Shown piece after piece: positions 31,101-44,900 of a DNA stretch of 64,000 nucleotides (position 1 is the stretch's first letter; each line of letters opens with the position of its first letter). Below the pieces are notes generated by a model. That model was not told the DNA's origin. It worked only from the letters and a program-made list of their open reading frames with translations, and did no database searches. The translations under genes and the position numbers were made by a program. This DNA is from Malacoraja senta (taxonomy: Eukaryota). The DNA lies in contig CM075994.1 of assembly GCA_038087875.1 (NCBI GenBank), positions 1,800,001 to 1,864,000 of the forward strand, read 5' to 3'.

Positions 31101-31399
31101 CAAGAGGACGCTATCTCATGCCACGCGCTGAGTTAGTACCTGTCGTCTAACGCTACCTTTGGAACAGTATCTAATATGTTATAACCCCATGTTAGTATCC
31201 GATGTCGGACACTTTAACCGATCTTGTTCAGCAAAGTCACCACACTTTTCCCCTTTGCTTTCCTCCAGTTTGTTCTTTTGATAGCACAACTTACAGTCAC
31301 CAGACAATAAAAAGGAATCTACTCCTCTAACTATGGGTGGTAAAATCAAACATTCTCACCCGATTAGGAGCCACATTGTTGACGGTTGTCCTGTGTAGG

Positions 31400-31417
31400 A
31401 TCCTGCCAACTACGCCA
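31400..31417 (-). promoter_or_regulatory. Primer binding site, tRNA-Ser
   Basis: TGGCGTAGTTGGCAGGAT, 2 nt after the 5' LTR. Complementary to the vertebrate tRNA-Ser 3' end AUCCUGCCGACUACGCCA with one G-T mismatch. Confidence 0.88.
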
Positions 31418-31419
31418 AT

Positions 31420-32120
31420 TGTTTGAGGGAATTTTGTACTTTACCCATATCTATATCTGACTTTACTCAGATAGGCACAGACACAAAATAAAACATTTCA
31501 TAAATCAGTGGTAAGTTTATCGAACAAGTCGGTTTAATAAAAGGCCTTAGAAATGTACATTGAGAAGCAGTGTGAGCAAGCTCAAACTACTTCAATATCC
31601 TACAGTAACTGTAGGACTCTTATACCCTCATGACACAATGGTTACGTGAAGTTGAAATAACAATCATTAATCAATGTCTCTGTAACCTTTCATCTTTGTG
31701 TTTCCCCAAAGTTAACTTTAATCTTGAGTTTCTTGTTGTTTCAAAATCTTCCTCCCATATACAGTATCTAACATGTAGATACCATGAATGTCCAGATTCC
31801 CCCACCAAATGGAATCCCTCGTAAAAGAGGTCATTTGTTAACCTTTGGGTGACTTCCCTGATAAACACATTGACCAAGAGCAGCTTGTAATGCAAGATTG
31901 TAACAGGTAAGAACCCACACAGAACTACAAAGACTCATTCTCCCCACCCCCCCCCCCCTACTGTTAAGGAAGCTTGTTTTCCAGCAAAATGTTTTAGCTT
32001 TGCTATTCTGACTACATTCTTGGCCATTTTTCCCATCATGCTCACCAGTATGTGAACTCCAGGGGTAACCAAACTATAACCTACTCATCTTCCTTACAAT
32101 TTTCAATATTCCACACAACA
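31420..32120 (-). repeat. 5' LTR
   Basis: TG...CA ends, adjacent PBS, matches 23005-25317. Confidence 0.92.
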
Positions 32121-35100
32121 GTTAGTTTGGCATCATGTTCAGCACAGACATTGTGGGCAGGAGAGTCTGTTATTGCCCTGTATTGTCCTATGCAATCTGT
32201 GTGGAGACAGCTGTGGTATTACAGCACCAGTCATACTGATACTGTGCTGGGCTGCATTATATAGAGATAAGGACACAGCATGGAAACAGGCCCTTCAGCC
32301 CACATAGTCCACGCCAACCATCGATCACCCATTCACACTAATTCCATGTTATCCCACATTCTCATCCACTCCCTACACACTCGGGGCAATTAACAGAGGC
32401 CAATTAACTGACAAACCTGCACGTGGGAAGTGGGAGGAAACTGGAGGATCCAAAGGAAACCCACGCGGCCACAGGGAGAATGTGCAAACTCCACACACGG
32501 ACAGCACCCGAGGTCAGGATCGAATCCGGGTCTCTGGCGCTGTGAGGCAGCAGCTCTACCAGCTGCTCTTCAAACCTCCCTGCTTTTGGGGTGTAGATGT
32601 CGGCCGGCTGGCTGAACAGTAGACACATCCTCCGCATTACATAAAAGTTTCCTACCAAGGAAGAATCCTCCTGCTCTCAAATGTTTAAGGCCCAGGCTAA
32701 TCTAAACCTTATTGAGGTTTGGACATTGAATTAAAACTCAAACAATTCACCAATGATTCATCTGTGATCAATATGGTAGGAGACAGCTAAGCTCATTAAA
32801 ACACATGCACTGTGTCCTGAAAATTAGTCTCAATGAATTGATTCTTTATTTGTAAATCATTTAGAAGGACAATGTCTTTGTGCACAGGGTGGAATGGAAG
32901 ATCTGTCACTGTTTTCAATTAACAAGAGTTTCATAAATGATTAGAGAAGCAAGTAATAGCAGATACTGGAATCTAGTACAAAACACAAAGTGCTGGAGGA
33001 ACTATTGTTGTTGGTTACTGGTTGATACGTTGGAACGATGTTGGATACAGCGTTCGTGCCTCTGAACGGGCAGGTCAGGTAGCATCTGTGGAGGGGAATG
33101 TACTTGAGTGCAGTCCTGACCCATCTACCTCATTGAAGACCTTTGAACTATGTTTAATATGAGTTTATCGGACTTTAATGTTATATCTTGCACTAAATGT
33201 TGTACCCTTTGTTCTTTATCTGTGCACTGTGGACAGCTTGATTATATTCATGTATAGTCTTTTCGCTGACTGGATAGCACACAAACAAAAGCTTTTCACT
33301 GTACCTCCGTACACATGACAATGATAAACTAAACCAAACTAAACTAAACTAAACTAAACCAACATTTGGGGTCGCCTATCCTTTCTCTCCAGAGATGCTG
33401 CTTGGCCCACTAAGTTACTCCAGCACTTTGTGTCTATCTTTGGTATAAACCAGCATCAGCAGTGCTATGTTTCTACAAACCTTCTTCAAACCTGTTTGGA
33501 GTAGGAGAGGGAAAGCAGGAAAAGAGAAGTGGGGGCAGGACAAAGTCTGGTTAGTGATAGGTGGATACAGGTGGGGGGGGGGTGGATTGGTGGATGAGTG
33601 GTGCACAGAGCAGAGGAAGGGGCACTGTTAGATGTTAGACAAATGTTGAAGCATTCAGCTTAATGCCTGAAACATGAAATAACCAGTAAGGACAAAAACT
33701 GTCAAGTTTAGTTTAGAGATACAGTGTGGAAACGGGCCCTTCGGCCCACCAGCGATCACCCGTACACTAGTTCTATCCTACACATTAGGGACAATTTACA
33801 GAAGCTAATTGACCTACAAACCAGCATGTCTTTGGAATGTGGGAGGGAATTAGATCACCCAGAGAAAACCCATGCGGTCACAAGGAGAACATACAAACCG
33901 CATACAAGCAGCACCCGGGTCGAACCTGGGTCTCTGGCGCTGTAAGGCAGCAACCGTATCGCTGCACCACTGTGCCGCACAAATAAGCAAGCAAATAAAA
34001 TAACACAGAGAACTTCAGTAGGAAGCAGAGCTGTAATAATTCAGAAGGTTGCCTGTAAGCAACGACTGGCACTTCGGGAGTTGTGTGGTTGATGCCCTGA
34101 TTACAAAACAAAATACATCAAAAACAAGTCACTCAGCACTGCAAGACATTTTAAATGATCAAAACCTTGCCTTAAGCTTTCACATAATTCACTGACAATT
34201 TGGCTCCATCAGAAATGCTGCCAGGACAGTCTGTACAGATGTAACGAGGTTTCACTCCAAAGCCCAATCCACTCTTACATGGTTCTCTAAGAAAGGCAAA
34301 GGCCAAGGTCCTCAATGAGGTAGAGGTGAATCGGACAGTATCCTAACATGGAAGGATTGTTCAGAAGCCTGATAAAAGAGGGGAAGAAGCTGTTCCTGAG
34401 AAACAAAGAACTGCAGATGTTGGTTTACATATAAAGACACTAAGTGCTGGAGTAACTTAGCGGATCAGGCAGCATCTCTGGAGAACATGGATAGTTACAA
34501 ATAAGTTACAGTCTGAAGCAGGGTCCTGACCCAAAACGTCACCTATCAATTTTTCCAGAGATACTGCCTGACCCATGGAGTTACTCCAGCACTTTGTGTC
34601 TTTAAAGTTTAAAGGAGATGTGCGGGCAAGTTTTTTTACACAAAGGATGGTGGGTGTCTGGAACGCGCTGCCAGGTGGAGGCAGGTACAACTGTGGTGTT
34701 TAAGAAGCTTTTGGATAGGCGCATGGATATGCAGGAAATGGAGGGATACGTATCATGTGCAGGCAGATAGAGGTTTTCTTGGCATCATGTTCAGCACAGA
34801 CATTGTGGGCCGAAGGGCCTGTTCCCATGCTGTACTGCTCTATGTTCTTTGTTTTGTTGCAATTCATACAATTTTTGAATTATGTTTAGCTCATAAAACA
34901 TGTAACACCTTGAACAACAGTATTTTTTTGAGCTGGAAGCTGCCTATAGATAGAAGCCTGGATTCACTAGCAACTTTAAACAGGCATAACCATGGCACCA
35001 CACTCTGCTCATGTGACTGGGGAGAGGGGATCAGAATAAATGTAACAAACTAAAGTGTGAAGCATCACCCAATTAACTGGCACCCAAACATGGGATGTCC

Positions 35101-35409
35101 CACACAAAGGCACATCCTTTAGAGAAACAGTGTAGAAACAGGCCCTTCGGCCCACCATTACGACCACAATCACCCTGTACACTAACACGATCCTACACAT
35201 GAAGGACAATTTACAATTTAACCAATTATCCTTCAAACCCACACGTCCTTAGAGTGTGAGAGGAATCCGGAGAACCCAGGGAAATCCCGCGAGATCACAA
35301 GGAAAATGTACAAACTCCGTACAGACAGCACCCGTGGTCAGGATCGAACCCGGGTCTCTGGTGCTGTAAATCAGCAACTCTACCAGCTGCGCCACTGTGC
35401 TGCCCATTG

Positions 35410-35870
35410 CCAATCTCCTAATGTTGGACATCAAGTGCTGCTGGAAGATCATCAACTTGGTGAATGATGCTCTTTGGTCGGCCCGAACCTTTTTGGTCTC
35501 CAAGCAGAGCAAGCTGTCCATCAGGGAATGTTGCCGACTGGCTTATTCCACAGACTGCAGGAGTACGTGCTGAGGGACGCACTGAAGCTCGGTACAGCCA
35601 ATGCCAAGGCTCGTTAGGGGAGAACCACAGTCTAGGATCCTTCCCCTGCTGGACATTGAGGGGCAGAGTCTGGTGGGGACACCCCTGAAACAAGGGAGGG
35701 AGATCACACCAGGGGGCCACGAGGCAATTGATGTAAGGATAGTTTGTGAACACTACCGAATATACTGTAACACTAATGAATGCGTGAACGCTGAGAATGT
35801 TTTTGCATTGTTCATGTTTTGTATATATTTTATTATTCTGAATAAAGTTTATTTTTAGAAATAAAATAAT
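35410..35870 (+). mobile_element. Tx1-clade LINE 3' fragment
   Basis: CWKIINLVNDALWSAR...RECCRLA..RLQEYVLRDALKLGTANAKAR, followed by AATAAA and an A-rich tail. Confidence 0.7.
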
Positions 35871-37171
35871 GTTGGCAACAAAATCGTTGAATACCAATTA
35901 GTTTAGTTTAGTTTAGAGATACAGCTCGGAAACACGGCCTTCGGCCCACCGAGTCCATGCCGACCAGTGATCCCTGTACACCTAGCGACAAATTACAATT
36001 TTACCAAAGCCAATTAACCTACAAAGCTGTACATCTTTGGTGTGTGGGAGGAAACAGGAGCACCTGGAGAAAACCCATGGCAGATCACAGGTAGAACCTA
36101 CAAACTCTGTACAGACAGCACCCGTAGTCAGGATTGATCCTGACTTACAAGCAATCTATAGGATCCGAAACAGCACCTAACCATATGCTCCAGAAATGCT
36201 GTCTGACCCACTGAGTTACTCCAGCAATTTGTTTCTTTTTTTGTAAACCAGCATCTGCAGTACCTTGTATGTCTCTTGTTTTTTTCCTGCTTGATTCTCA
36301 GTAGCTGTATTTATGAAGCCTGAGGTTATAGTACGTGCCTCAACTACCTCTTCTGGCACCTTGTTCCATATACCCATCACCCTCCGTGTGGAAAAAGTTC
36401 CCCCTCAAACCTGTTAAATCTTTCCCTTCCCACCTTAAACCTGTGTCCTCAGGTTCTTCATTCCCCTACTCTGGGTAAAAGACTAAGCATTCACCCTGTT
36501 GATTCCACTCATGACATTTGTCAAGAGATTTCCCATCATTACGACATTTCCCACCGTCGTAGGGATCTACAAAAGTCACTGTCTCAAAAAGGCAGCCAGC
36601 ATCAACAGCAACCCACACAACACTGGTCATGCTCTCATTTCACTCCTGCCATCAGGAAGAAGGTACAGATGTCTGACAACTGTAACGTCCAGGTTCAGGA
36701 ACAGCTACTTCCCCACAACCATCAGGCTATTAAACATTACAACCTTTTAATAAGCTCCATAGACTTTGGAGCATTGTTTTAGTCTTTTTGCACTGTTATT
36801 GTTTGTTTGTTTTAGTATTAGAGTCATACAACACGGAAACAGGCCCTTCAGCCCAACTTGCCCACACTGACAAACCTGTCACATCAACACTGGTCCCACC
36901 TACCTGAGTTTGCCCCATATTACTCTAAACCTATCCTATCCATGTATCTGTCTAAATGTTTCTTAAACATTATAATAGTACCTGCCTCAACAACCTCCTC
37001 TGGCAGCTCATTCCATACACCCACCACCCTTTGTGTAAAAAAGTTACCCCCTCAAGTTCCCATGAAATCTTTCCTTCCTCACCTTAAACCTGTGTCCTTT
37101 GGTTCTTGATTCCCCTACTCTGGGCAACAGAATCTGTGCATTTACTTGATCTGTTCCTCTTAAACGATATA

Positions 37172-39069
37172 TCTATATAACTAAATGTCTCATTTTGACC
37201 ACTTCCTGTCTGCGCTGTATATTGATTTTAGAAAAAATGCTACCCTATATCGCTATGATTTTTGGCCATCTTACTCACAGTCCTCCTCCGCTGAGGCAGC
37301 CCCGAGGATTTTTCCGATCGATGAAAAATAAAAAAGTTTTGAGTGTTTAAAAAATCTTGAGATCAGCTGATTGGTCCTCTTGCCTGTCAATCACCATGAT
37401 GAAGGTAACGCCCCTTCCGGGGGGAGGGCAGGACTATAAAACCCTGGATGCCTGGCCATGAGTCAGTCACTCTGAAAGATCACGAGGGAGAGGCCACAGC
37501 TCTGATTCTGCTGTGAGTCTACTGAACTGTGAGTCTACTGAACCGTGAGTCTACTGAACTGTGAGTCTACCGTTTATGTGCTTTATCTGGTTTATGTGGT
37601 TATGTGCTTTATGTGGTTATGTGCTTTATGTGGTTAACCCTTTATGTGCTTGCAATAAATGATTTGTTAGCCAGCAATGTGCTTGCAATGAATGATGATT
37701 TGTTAACCCTTAATGTGCTTGCAATAAATGATTTGTTAGCCCTTGGGTGGGCAGCGCGACCCACGTCGCAGCGGCCTCTGCAGTCCGTCTGTCATTAAAA
37801 AAAAAATTGTCCCGTTGAGTGTAGTTTATAGTGTTTTTTTAACTGGGTATGTGTGGGGGGTGGCGGAATCTTTTCCCTGTATGGGGGACCCGACCCTTTC
37901 CCTGTCGGGTCTCCGTTGTCGTTGGGGCCGAGCACCGTGGAGTGGCCTCCAACCGGAACGACCTGGGGGCTCCAGTCGCGGAGCCTGCACACTTACCATC
38001 ATGGAGTTGGCCGAGTTCGGAACGGGAGGAACTGTGGTGGCGCGCTGCTGCGGCCCGACCCCGGAGCTTCGGAGGCTCCAGCCGCAGGCCCGGTGGACGA
38101 TGACATCGGGAGCTCGCGGGTCCCTGGTGGGAGACAGCTTTTCGGAGCTCCTGCAACAGCAACTTCTCCCGCCCGAGTTGCGGGGTTGAAAATGACCTGG
38201 AGCGGGGCCTAACATCGCCCGGCATGGCTTTAATGGCCGCGGGACTTGCTAGCGCCCGCCGGGGGCTCCAACATCAAGACCCGGAGCGCGGCCTTGCATC
38301 GCCCGGCGCGGCCTTAATGGCCACGGGACTTACTTGCCATCGCCCGCCGAGGGCTTTGATTTTGACATCGGGAGGAGAATGGGGAGTGCAGGGGAGAGAT
38401 AAGACTTTGCCTTCCATCACAGTGAGGAGGAGATTCACTGTGATGGATGTTTGTGTAAATTGTGTTGTGTCTTCGTTCTTTTCTTGTTGTATGACTGCAG
38501 AAACCAAATTTCGTTTGAACTTCAATGAGGTTCAAATGACAACAAACCAAATTTCGTTTGAACTTCAATGAGGTTCAAATGACAACAAATACATTGTATT
38601 GTATTGTAATGAAATGAAGTGAGTTGTTTGGCCTGCCCTGTGCTTTTGCTTTTGCTTTGCCTTTGCTTTGCTTGAGCTCACCTGAAATGAAAGCAAATGG
38701 ATTGTAGTGTTGGCTGGCCCTGCCTGCCCTGTGCTTTTGCTTTTGCTTTGCCTTTGCTTTGCTTGAGCTCACCTGAAATGAAAGCAAATGGATTGTATTG
38801 TTGGCTGGTCCCACCTGCCCTGTGCTTGACTTGACTTGAGTTGAAATGGGTTGACTTGATATGAAATGAATTGAAATGGATTGTTGGCCCTGCACCCACT
38901 GTGCTTGACTTGACTTAACCTTCAACACCCATGCTAGTGCTCCAGACCCCCCCTCCCCCCCCCCCCCCACTGGCCACCAATATTGGAATTGGTGGAGAAA
39001 TGGAATATTGCATTGGGGGACCAGCCCTCCCGTGTGAACCTGGGACCCAACGGGTCCCACTTAGTCTAG
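37172..39069 (+). mobile_element. Second non-autonomous Helitron, with a nested retroposon at about 37745-38610
   Basis: A|TCTATATAACTAAA start. Hairpin gggaccc-aac-gggtccc, then ..gtCTAG|T. Internal tandem repeats at 37512-37570 and 38630-38830. Confidence 0.8.
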
Positions 39070-39114
39070 TATATATGTATACTAAACTTTTTTGATGTTT
39101 ATTATGATGTTTAC

Positions 39115-40775
39115 AATATCATAGTCATAATCATACTTTATTATCCAAGTATGTTTTGCAACATATGAGGAATTTAATTTGTCATACTAATAAAAAGCAA
39201 CAGAACACACAAAATACATTTAAACATAAACATCCACCACAGTGACTCCTCTACATTCCTCGGTGGTAGACAAAAATGCTGGAGAAACTCAGCGGGGTGA
39301 GGCAGCATCTATGGAGCAAAGGAAATAGGCGACGTCGCCTATTTCCTTCGCTCCATAGATGCTGCCTCACCCGCTGAGTTTCTCCAGCATTTTTGTCTAT
39401 CTTCGATTTTCCAGCATCTGCAGTTCCTTCCTCCACATTCCTCAGTGTGATGAAGGCAAAAAAAGTTCAATCTCTTCCCTTCTTTGTCCTTCAGCGGTTG
39501 GGGGCCTCTAACCTTCCATTGACGGGACGATCTTACTCCCGTAGCCGGCGGCGCGCCTCCTCGTCGGGGCGATCAAGCTCCTGCATCAGGGAGGGAATCT
39601 CAGCTCCCCCGCACCGGGCGATCTACCCCGGGTCAGGGCTTGCCGAACATCGTGCGGTTTTGGAGCTTCCTGACTCGGTCTCTCCCGAGACTACTACAAC
39701 CTCATCCTATTACTGCAATTTCTGGGCTACCAATGTTATGATTCTATTCATTTGTTCCGTTCCGCCCATCGGCTGATTACTTTTACCACATTAATCGGCA
39801 GAAGATCTATTTTATTTAAATGGAAAGACTCTAACCCTCCGACCACACTCCATTGGTACTCTGAAACTATATCATGTTTAAATTTAGAAAAAATCAGGAG
39901 TGACATTGTTGAACCCTTGGTTAAATTTGATAAGACTTGGGGAAAATTTATTCAACACTTTCACACAACATAAATTGCTCCCTCTCCAACCGTTATAAAA
40001 ATTATTTTACCTTTATATGGTGGAACGGACTTGACGACAAACAGGGACTTAAATTGTTGAAATTCTCAGCTGAGATTTTTGCTTTTTTTTCTAGTTTAGG
40101 GGGGTTTTGTTTCTTCCTTTTTTCTCTTTTTTTTACCTTTTTTTTATTTTTATCTTTTTTTTTTCTTCTACATATATAAATGTTCTTTTAAACATTTAAC
40201 TATATTTAAATAGAGACCGGGAGGTCTATATTCAATGTGTATTTTGACATTGGACTCATATTTAGGTTATACCTGTTATTAATGTCATCCTGATCCCTAT
40301 GTATCAATATCATTGTAATGTTTATCATTATTCTTTTTGTTTTGTTTTTTGTTTTGTTTTTGTTTTTTGGAAAAAAACGAACAAAAAGATTTTAAAAGAA
40401 AGAGACTGCGAGCTCTTTGATGTTAAAGTCCGCAGGCCGCAGTTGGAGCATCGAAACCAGGCAAGAAATCGGCTCCGATGGTAAGTCCACGCCCCTCGGT
40501 GGAGCTCAAAGTCAGTCCCCAGCAAAGCCTTCAGCACCACGATGTTAGGCTGCAGAGCGACCGGAGATACGACCCGGAAAACAATCGCATCTCTGGCAAG
40601 GTAAGAGATTGAAAACAAAGTTTCCCCCTATCCCCCCCCCCCCCCCCACCTACCTACCGCCCACATAAAACAAACCGGTGAACATTAACACAAACTTTTT
40701 AAACACACTAAAAATTAACAAGAGACGAAAAGGGCAGACAGACTGTAGGCGAGGCTGCCATCGAGACGCCACCGG
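39115..40775 (-). mobile_element. GC-rich non-coding retroposon interrupted by a Penelope fold-back (39266-39432) and an L1 fragment
   Basis: Homologous to 19418-20105 on both sides of the insertions. Confidence 0.6.
39693..40401 (+). mobile_element. L1-clade LINE 3' end
   Basis: LIGRRSILFKWKDSNPPT..HW....L.LEKIR...KFDKTW, an A-rich tail, and a short flanking duplication gagact. Confidence 0.8.
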
Positions 40776-41479
40776 TATATCTGTTGTGTTGCTGCAAGTA
40801 TGAATATTGTTGTTCCCTTTCAGGACATATGACAATAAAACATTATTGACTCTTGAGTCATTAGTCATAACTGGCTTGGGAACACAATATTCATGGAAAA
40901 TATACAATTAAACGTAAATCAGCTAAGAACCATAATTCTGGTGCAAAAAAAAATTGTCCTAAGTGCAACCGGTAGCATCATAGAATTTCGTCGTTTTTGT
41001 GAGTGCTGTGTTTCCTAATATAACTTCTCCCCCTCCCTCTAATCTTAACCCCAGAAACATCTCCAATATATATCCAATATGAGGAGGTCATTAGGGTGCC
41101 AGAGACCCGGGTTCGATCCTGACCTCCGGCGCCGTCTGTGTGGAGTTTGCACGTTCTCCCTGTGACCGCGTGGGTTTCCTCACACATCCCAAACGCGTGC
41201 GGGTTTGTAGGTTAATTGGCCCTCTGTAAATTGCCCCTAGTGTGTCGGGAGTGGATGAGAAAGTTGGATAACGTAGAACTAGTGAAGGGGTGATCGATGG
41301 TCGGCATGGACTGGGTGGGCCGAAGGGCCTGTTTCCATGCTGTATCTCTAAACTAAGACTGTATCTGCCCACCTATGTGCCTATTTTTGTTTCAAGAAAA
41401 GTCTGCTTTAAATGAGGCAGTCTGAAGAAGGGTCCCGACCCATCCCTTTCTCCAGAGATGCTGCCTGAGTTACTCCAGC

Positions 41480-41960
41480 ACCGTGTGTGTGTCTGCAGTA
41501 TTTCACGTTGTATCGGGGGCTGGTGGGGCTGAGAGTGATGCATTTGTTGGCGAGGGCGTTCGTTCAGCGAGTCACAGCGCGGTGGATGGGGACGGCGTGA
41601 TCTGCTGGGGATTGTCACATTCACACAGTGAACGGGCGATGCAGCAGACGCTGCCGTTCACATGCAGAGTGGAGCAGGGCGGTGTTGGAAAGACTTTACC
41701 GGCGGCTTCTGGTAAGCAATTGGAAACAAGGGTGGGGGAGAGAGAGAGAGGAGGGAGGCGATGAGAGACTGGCAACTAGCGGGACCCCCGGCATCTCACG
41801 GGCTGGAGCTCTCGCCGCCGCTCAGCGCCCCGTCCCGTCCCGTCCCGTCCCGTCCCGTCCCACAGCCCGGGTCGCTGAAGCCCGGCACCGTCCCCCGGAG
41901 CCTCTCCCCATCCCGAGATAAGATGTTGGGGTCAGAGCTCCCTATTCCGTGTCCACCCTT
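41480..41960 (+). promoter_or_regulatory. CpG-rich non-repeat island, candidate promoter or non-coding first exon
   Basis: High CpG density, a (GTCCC)n tract and a donor-like CTG|GTAAGC at about 41712. Lies 6.8 kb upstream of the HTR1E ATG. Confidence 0.35.
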
Positions 41961-44900
41961 CCCATCGCCTCACTCAGCAGGACCGACAGGTACTCCCGTT
42001 CCCAGTATCAATACCTCGCCGTCCCTTTCGTTTGCAATTGAAGTCAAAAAGGCGTACAGCATGGAAACAGGCCTTTCGGCCCAACTCGCCCATGCCGACC
42101 GAGGTGCCCCATCTACTCTAATCTCATCTCCTCGCGTTTGCCTCATATCCCATGAAACCATTTTTAGCCATGTACCTGTCCAAATGCTGTTACAGTACCT
42201 ACTTTAACTACCTCCTCTGGCAAATCTTTCCATAAACCCACCACCCTGTGTGTGACAAAGTTGCCCCTCAGGTTCCTATTAAATCTTTCCCCGCCTTAGA
42301 TGTGAATAAGTCTGAAGAACGATCCCAACTCTAAACGTCACCTATCCATGTTCTCCAGAGATGCTGCCTGACCCACTGAGCTGCTCCAGCACTGCTTTTG
42401 TTTCCGTAAACCAGCATCTGCAGTTCATAAGTTCATATGTTATAGGAGCAGAATGAGGTCATTCGGCCCATCAAGTCTACTCCACCATTCAATCATGGCT
42501 GATCTATCCTTTCCCTCTCAACCCCATTCTCCTGCCTTCTCCCCGTAACCCTGACACCCGTACTTATCAAGAATCTGTCAATCTACGCCTTAAAAATATC
42601 CATTGACAGCCTCCACAGCCGTCTGTGGCAATGAATTCCACAGATTCACCACCCTCTGACTCAAGATGTTCCTCCTCATTTCCTTTCTAAAGGTACATCC
42701 TTTTATTTTGAGGCTGTGCTCTTTGGTCCTTGACTCTCCCATTAGTGGAAACATCCGCTCCACATCCACTCAATCCAGGCCTTTCACCATTTGATGTTAC
42801 TATGAGGTCCCTTCTCATCCCCCAAGAAGGGTTCCAACCCAAAACATAACCCAACCTTTTTCTCCAGAGATGGTGCCTGACCTGCTGTATTACTCCAGCG
42901 CTTTTGTGTCTATCTTTCGTATAAACGAGCATCTGTAGTTCCTTGTTTCTACCATAATCTTTACCTGTCTATGCGCTTTTTTTTAACATTACAATGTTTA
43001 AGAACCATTTAGACAGGGACATGGATAGATATAGGGGGATATGGGCCAAACGCAGGCAGGTGGGACTAGTGTAGATGAGACATGTTGGTCGGTGTTTTGC
43101 AAGTTGGGCTGATGGACCTGTTTCCACGCTCTATGACTCTATGACTCGAACACCCACTGTGATATATTCGCTGAGTTCTGGTGCATTATAACCTTTGATT
43201 CCGGTGATTTGTAGAACACACCTGTATGGATTAAACCCATCTCACAGGTCACTCGCGTTTGTTCACCCAATCCTTTTATGATACCAGACAGCATCTGTAC
43301 AAACAAAGACATCATATAAATCCACGATAAGCCACACAGCATCTATCATCACCAGTAGAACCATTGGATTCAACTCATTCAACCCGAAAATCCGATTTGC
43401 TCATCTTAGCGGCCAAGGGCTTCACAAATAACACCAGGTCTGTGTGCTCCACTCTCCCTTCCATATCGTTCACTGCCACAGGGACTCAGCCACCAACCTG
43501 AAGAGTCCAGCTGGTTCACCCCAGAAAAATACCTGAACTATTTCATTAAACTTCATAAATAAACTATATTCGTAATAAAATGTATATGGAAAACAAAAAA
43601 ACACATATAAGTCTTAATACATTCTCATTACCTGTAATTCATCAGTCTTTTGGTATCTAAAAAATGAGTATATGTTAGTGTATTTAGTATAATTTAGTAT
43701 ATTTAGTATAATTTGTATAGATTTTTGGTATAAAATATTTAAAATATATGTTTATACTAAAAAAGAATCTATACGATTATACCAAATTATGCTAAATTTA
43801 TTTTAAAATCTGTTTTTATAGTTTCTTTTTTAGGACAAAATTATTTTGTTGGAATATCTTCTAATGCAAAACAAATCATGTATATCTATGAATACATTCT
43901 TAGAGTCTATACTTTTAAGTATTATTTTAATTTCAAATAAAAACCTTATTCGTAAAAAGATTTGCAAACAAAAACTGTGTATAACTCTTAATACATTCTC
44001 AGAGTTTATACATTCAATATTGATAGTGTTACACACAATAGTTTAGTTTGGTGATACAGCATAGAAACAGGCCCTTCGGCCCACGGAGTCCATACCGGCC
44101 ATCGATCACCCATTCACACCAGTTCTATGTTATCATGATATCACCTCCCTTATTCCTGTCACATGGCATTATTGTCATTCATGTGGCCCCCTCCTCTGGT
44201 TAATATGTGAAGTGTTATCACTTGGGAGGTGGGGGTGGATGTCAGAGCGACATTTACTTACCCATCCCTGTGCCCCCTGAAGACAGGGTAAATCACTTCA
44301 CAGTGTCAGCATGAGACTGTAATCGGATACGGTCCAGTGTTCAGAAAGACAAGAAGTTTCTTGTCGAAACATCGTTGATTGTGTTATTACAGTTCAGACA
44401 CTTTGTGGACATTGTTAGGTAGGAACAAAGAACTGCAGATGCTGGTTAATACACAAAAGGACACAAAGTGCTGGAGTAACTCAGTGGGGTCAGGCAGCAT
44501 CTCTGGAGAACATGGATAGGTGACGTTTCGGTCTGAAGAAGGATCCTGACCCGGAACATCTGCTACCCATTTTCTCCAGAGATGCTGCCTGACTCCTGAG
44601 TTACTCCTGCATTTATTCATCATAAGACGTGGAACCAAGAGTGAGTCTATCCCACCTCGATCAAACCTGTCCCACCCACTCAGGTGGCAATCAGCATCTC
44701 TAAAGAATATGGATAAGTAACGTTTTGGGTCAGGACTCTTCTTAAGACCTCTGTTAATGTTTCTTCTGCACGATTTACACCGTTACCAACTCTATGTTAT
44801 TGGCATGCTTGTATATAGAGATAAAACATAGTGCTGGAGGAACTCAGCGGGTCAGGCAGCATCCCTGGATAACATGGATAGGTGGCGTTTTGGATTGGGA

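Noticed and set aside
37743..38571. Cluster of overlapping 100-150 aa ORFs
   Set aside because: GC-rich interior of a non-coding retroposon, open on both strands with no recognisable domain.
40530..40550. REST/RE1 site (ttcagcaccacg)
   Set aside because: Only the left half-site is present, and it lies inside a repeat.
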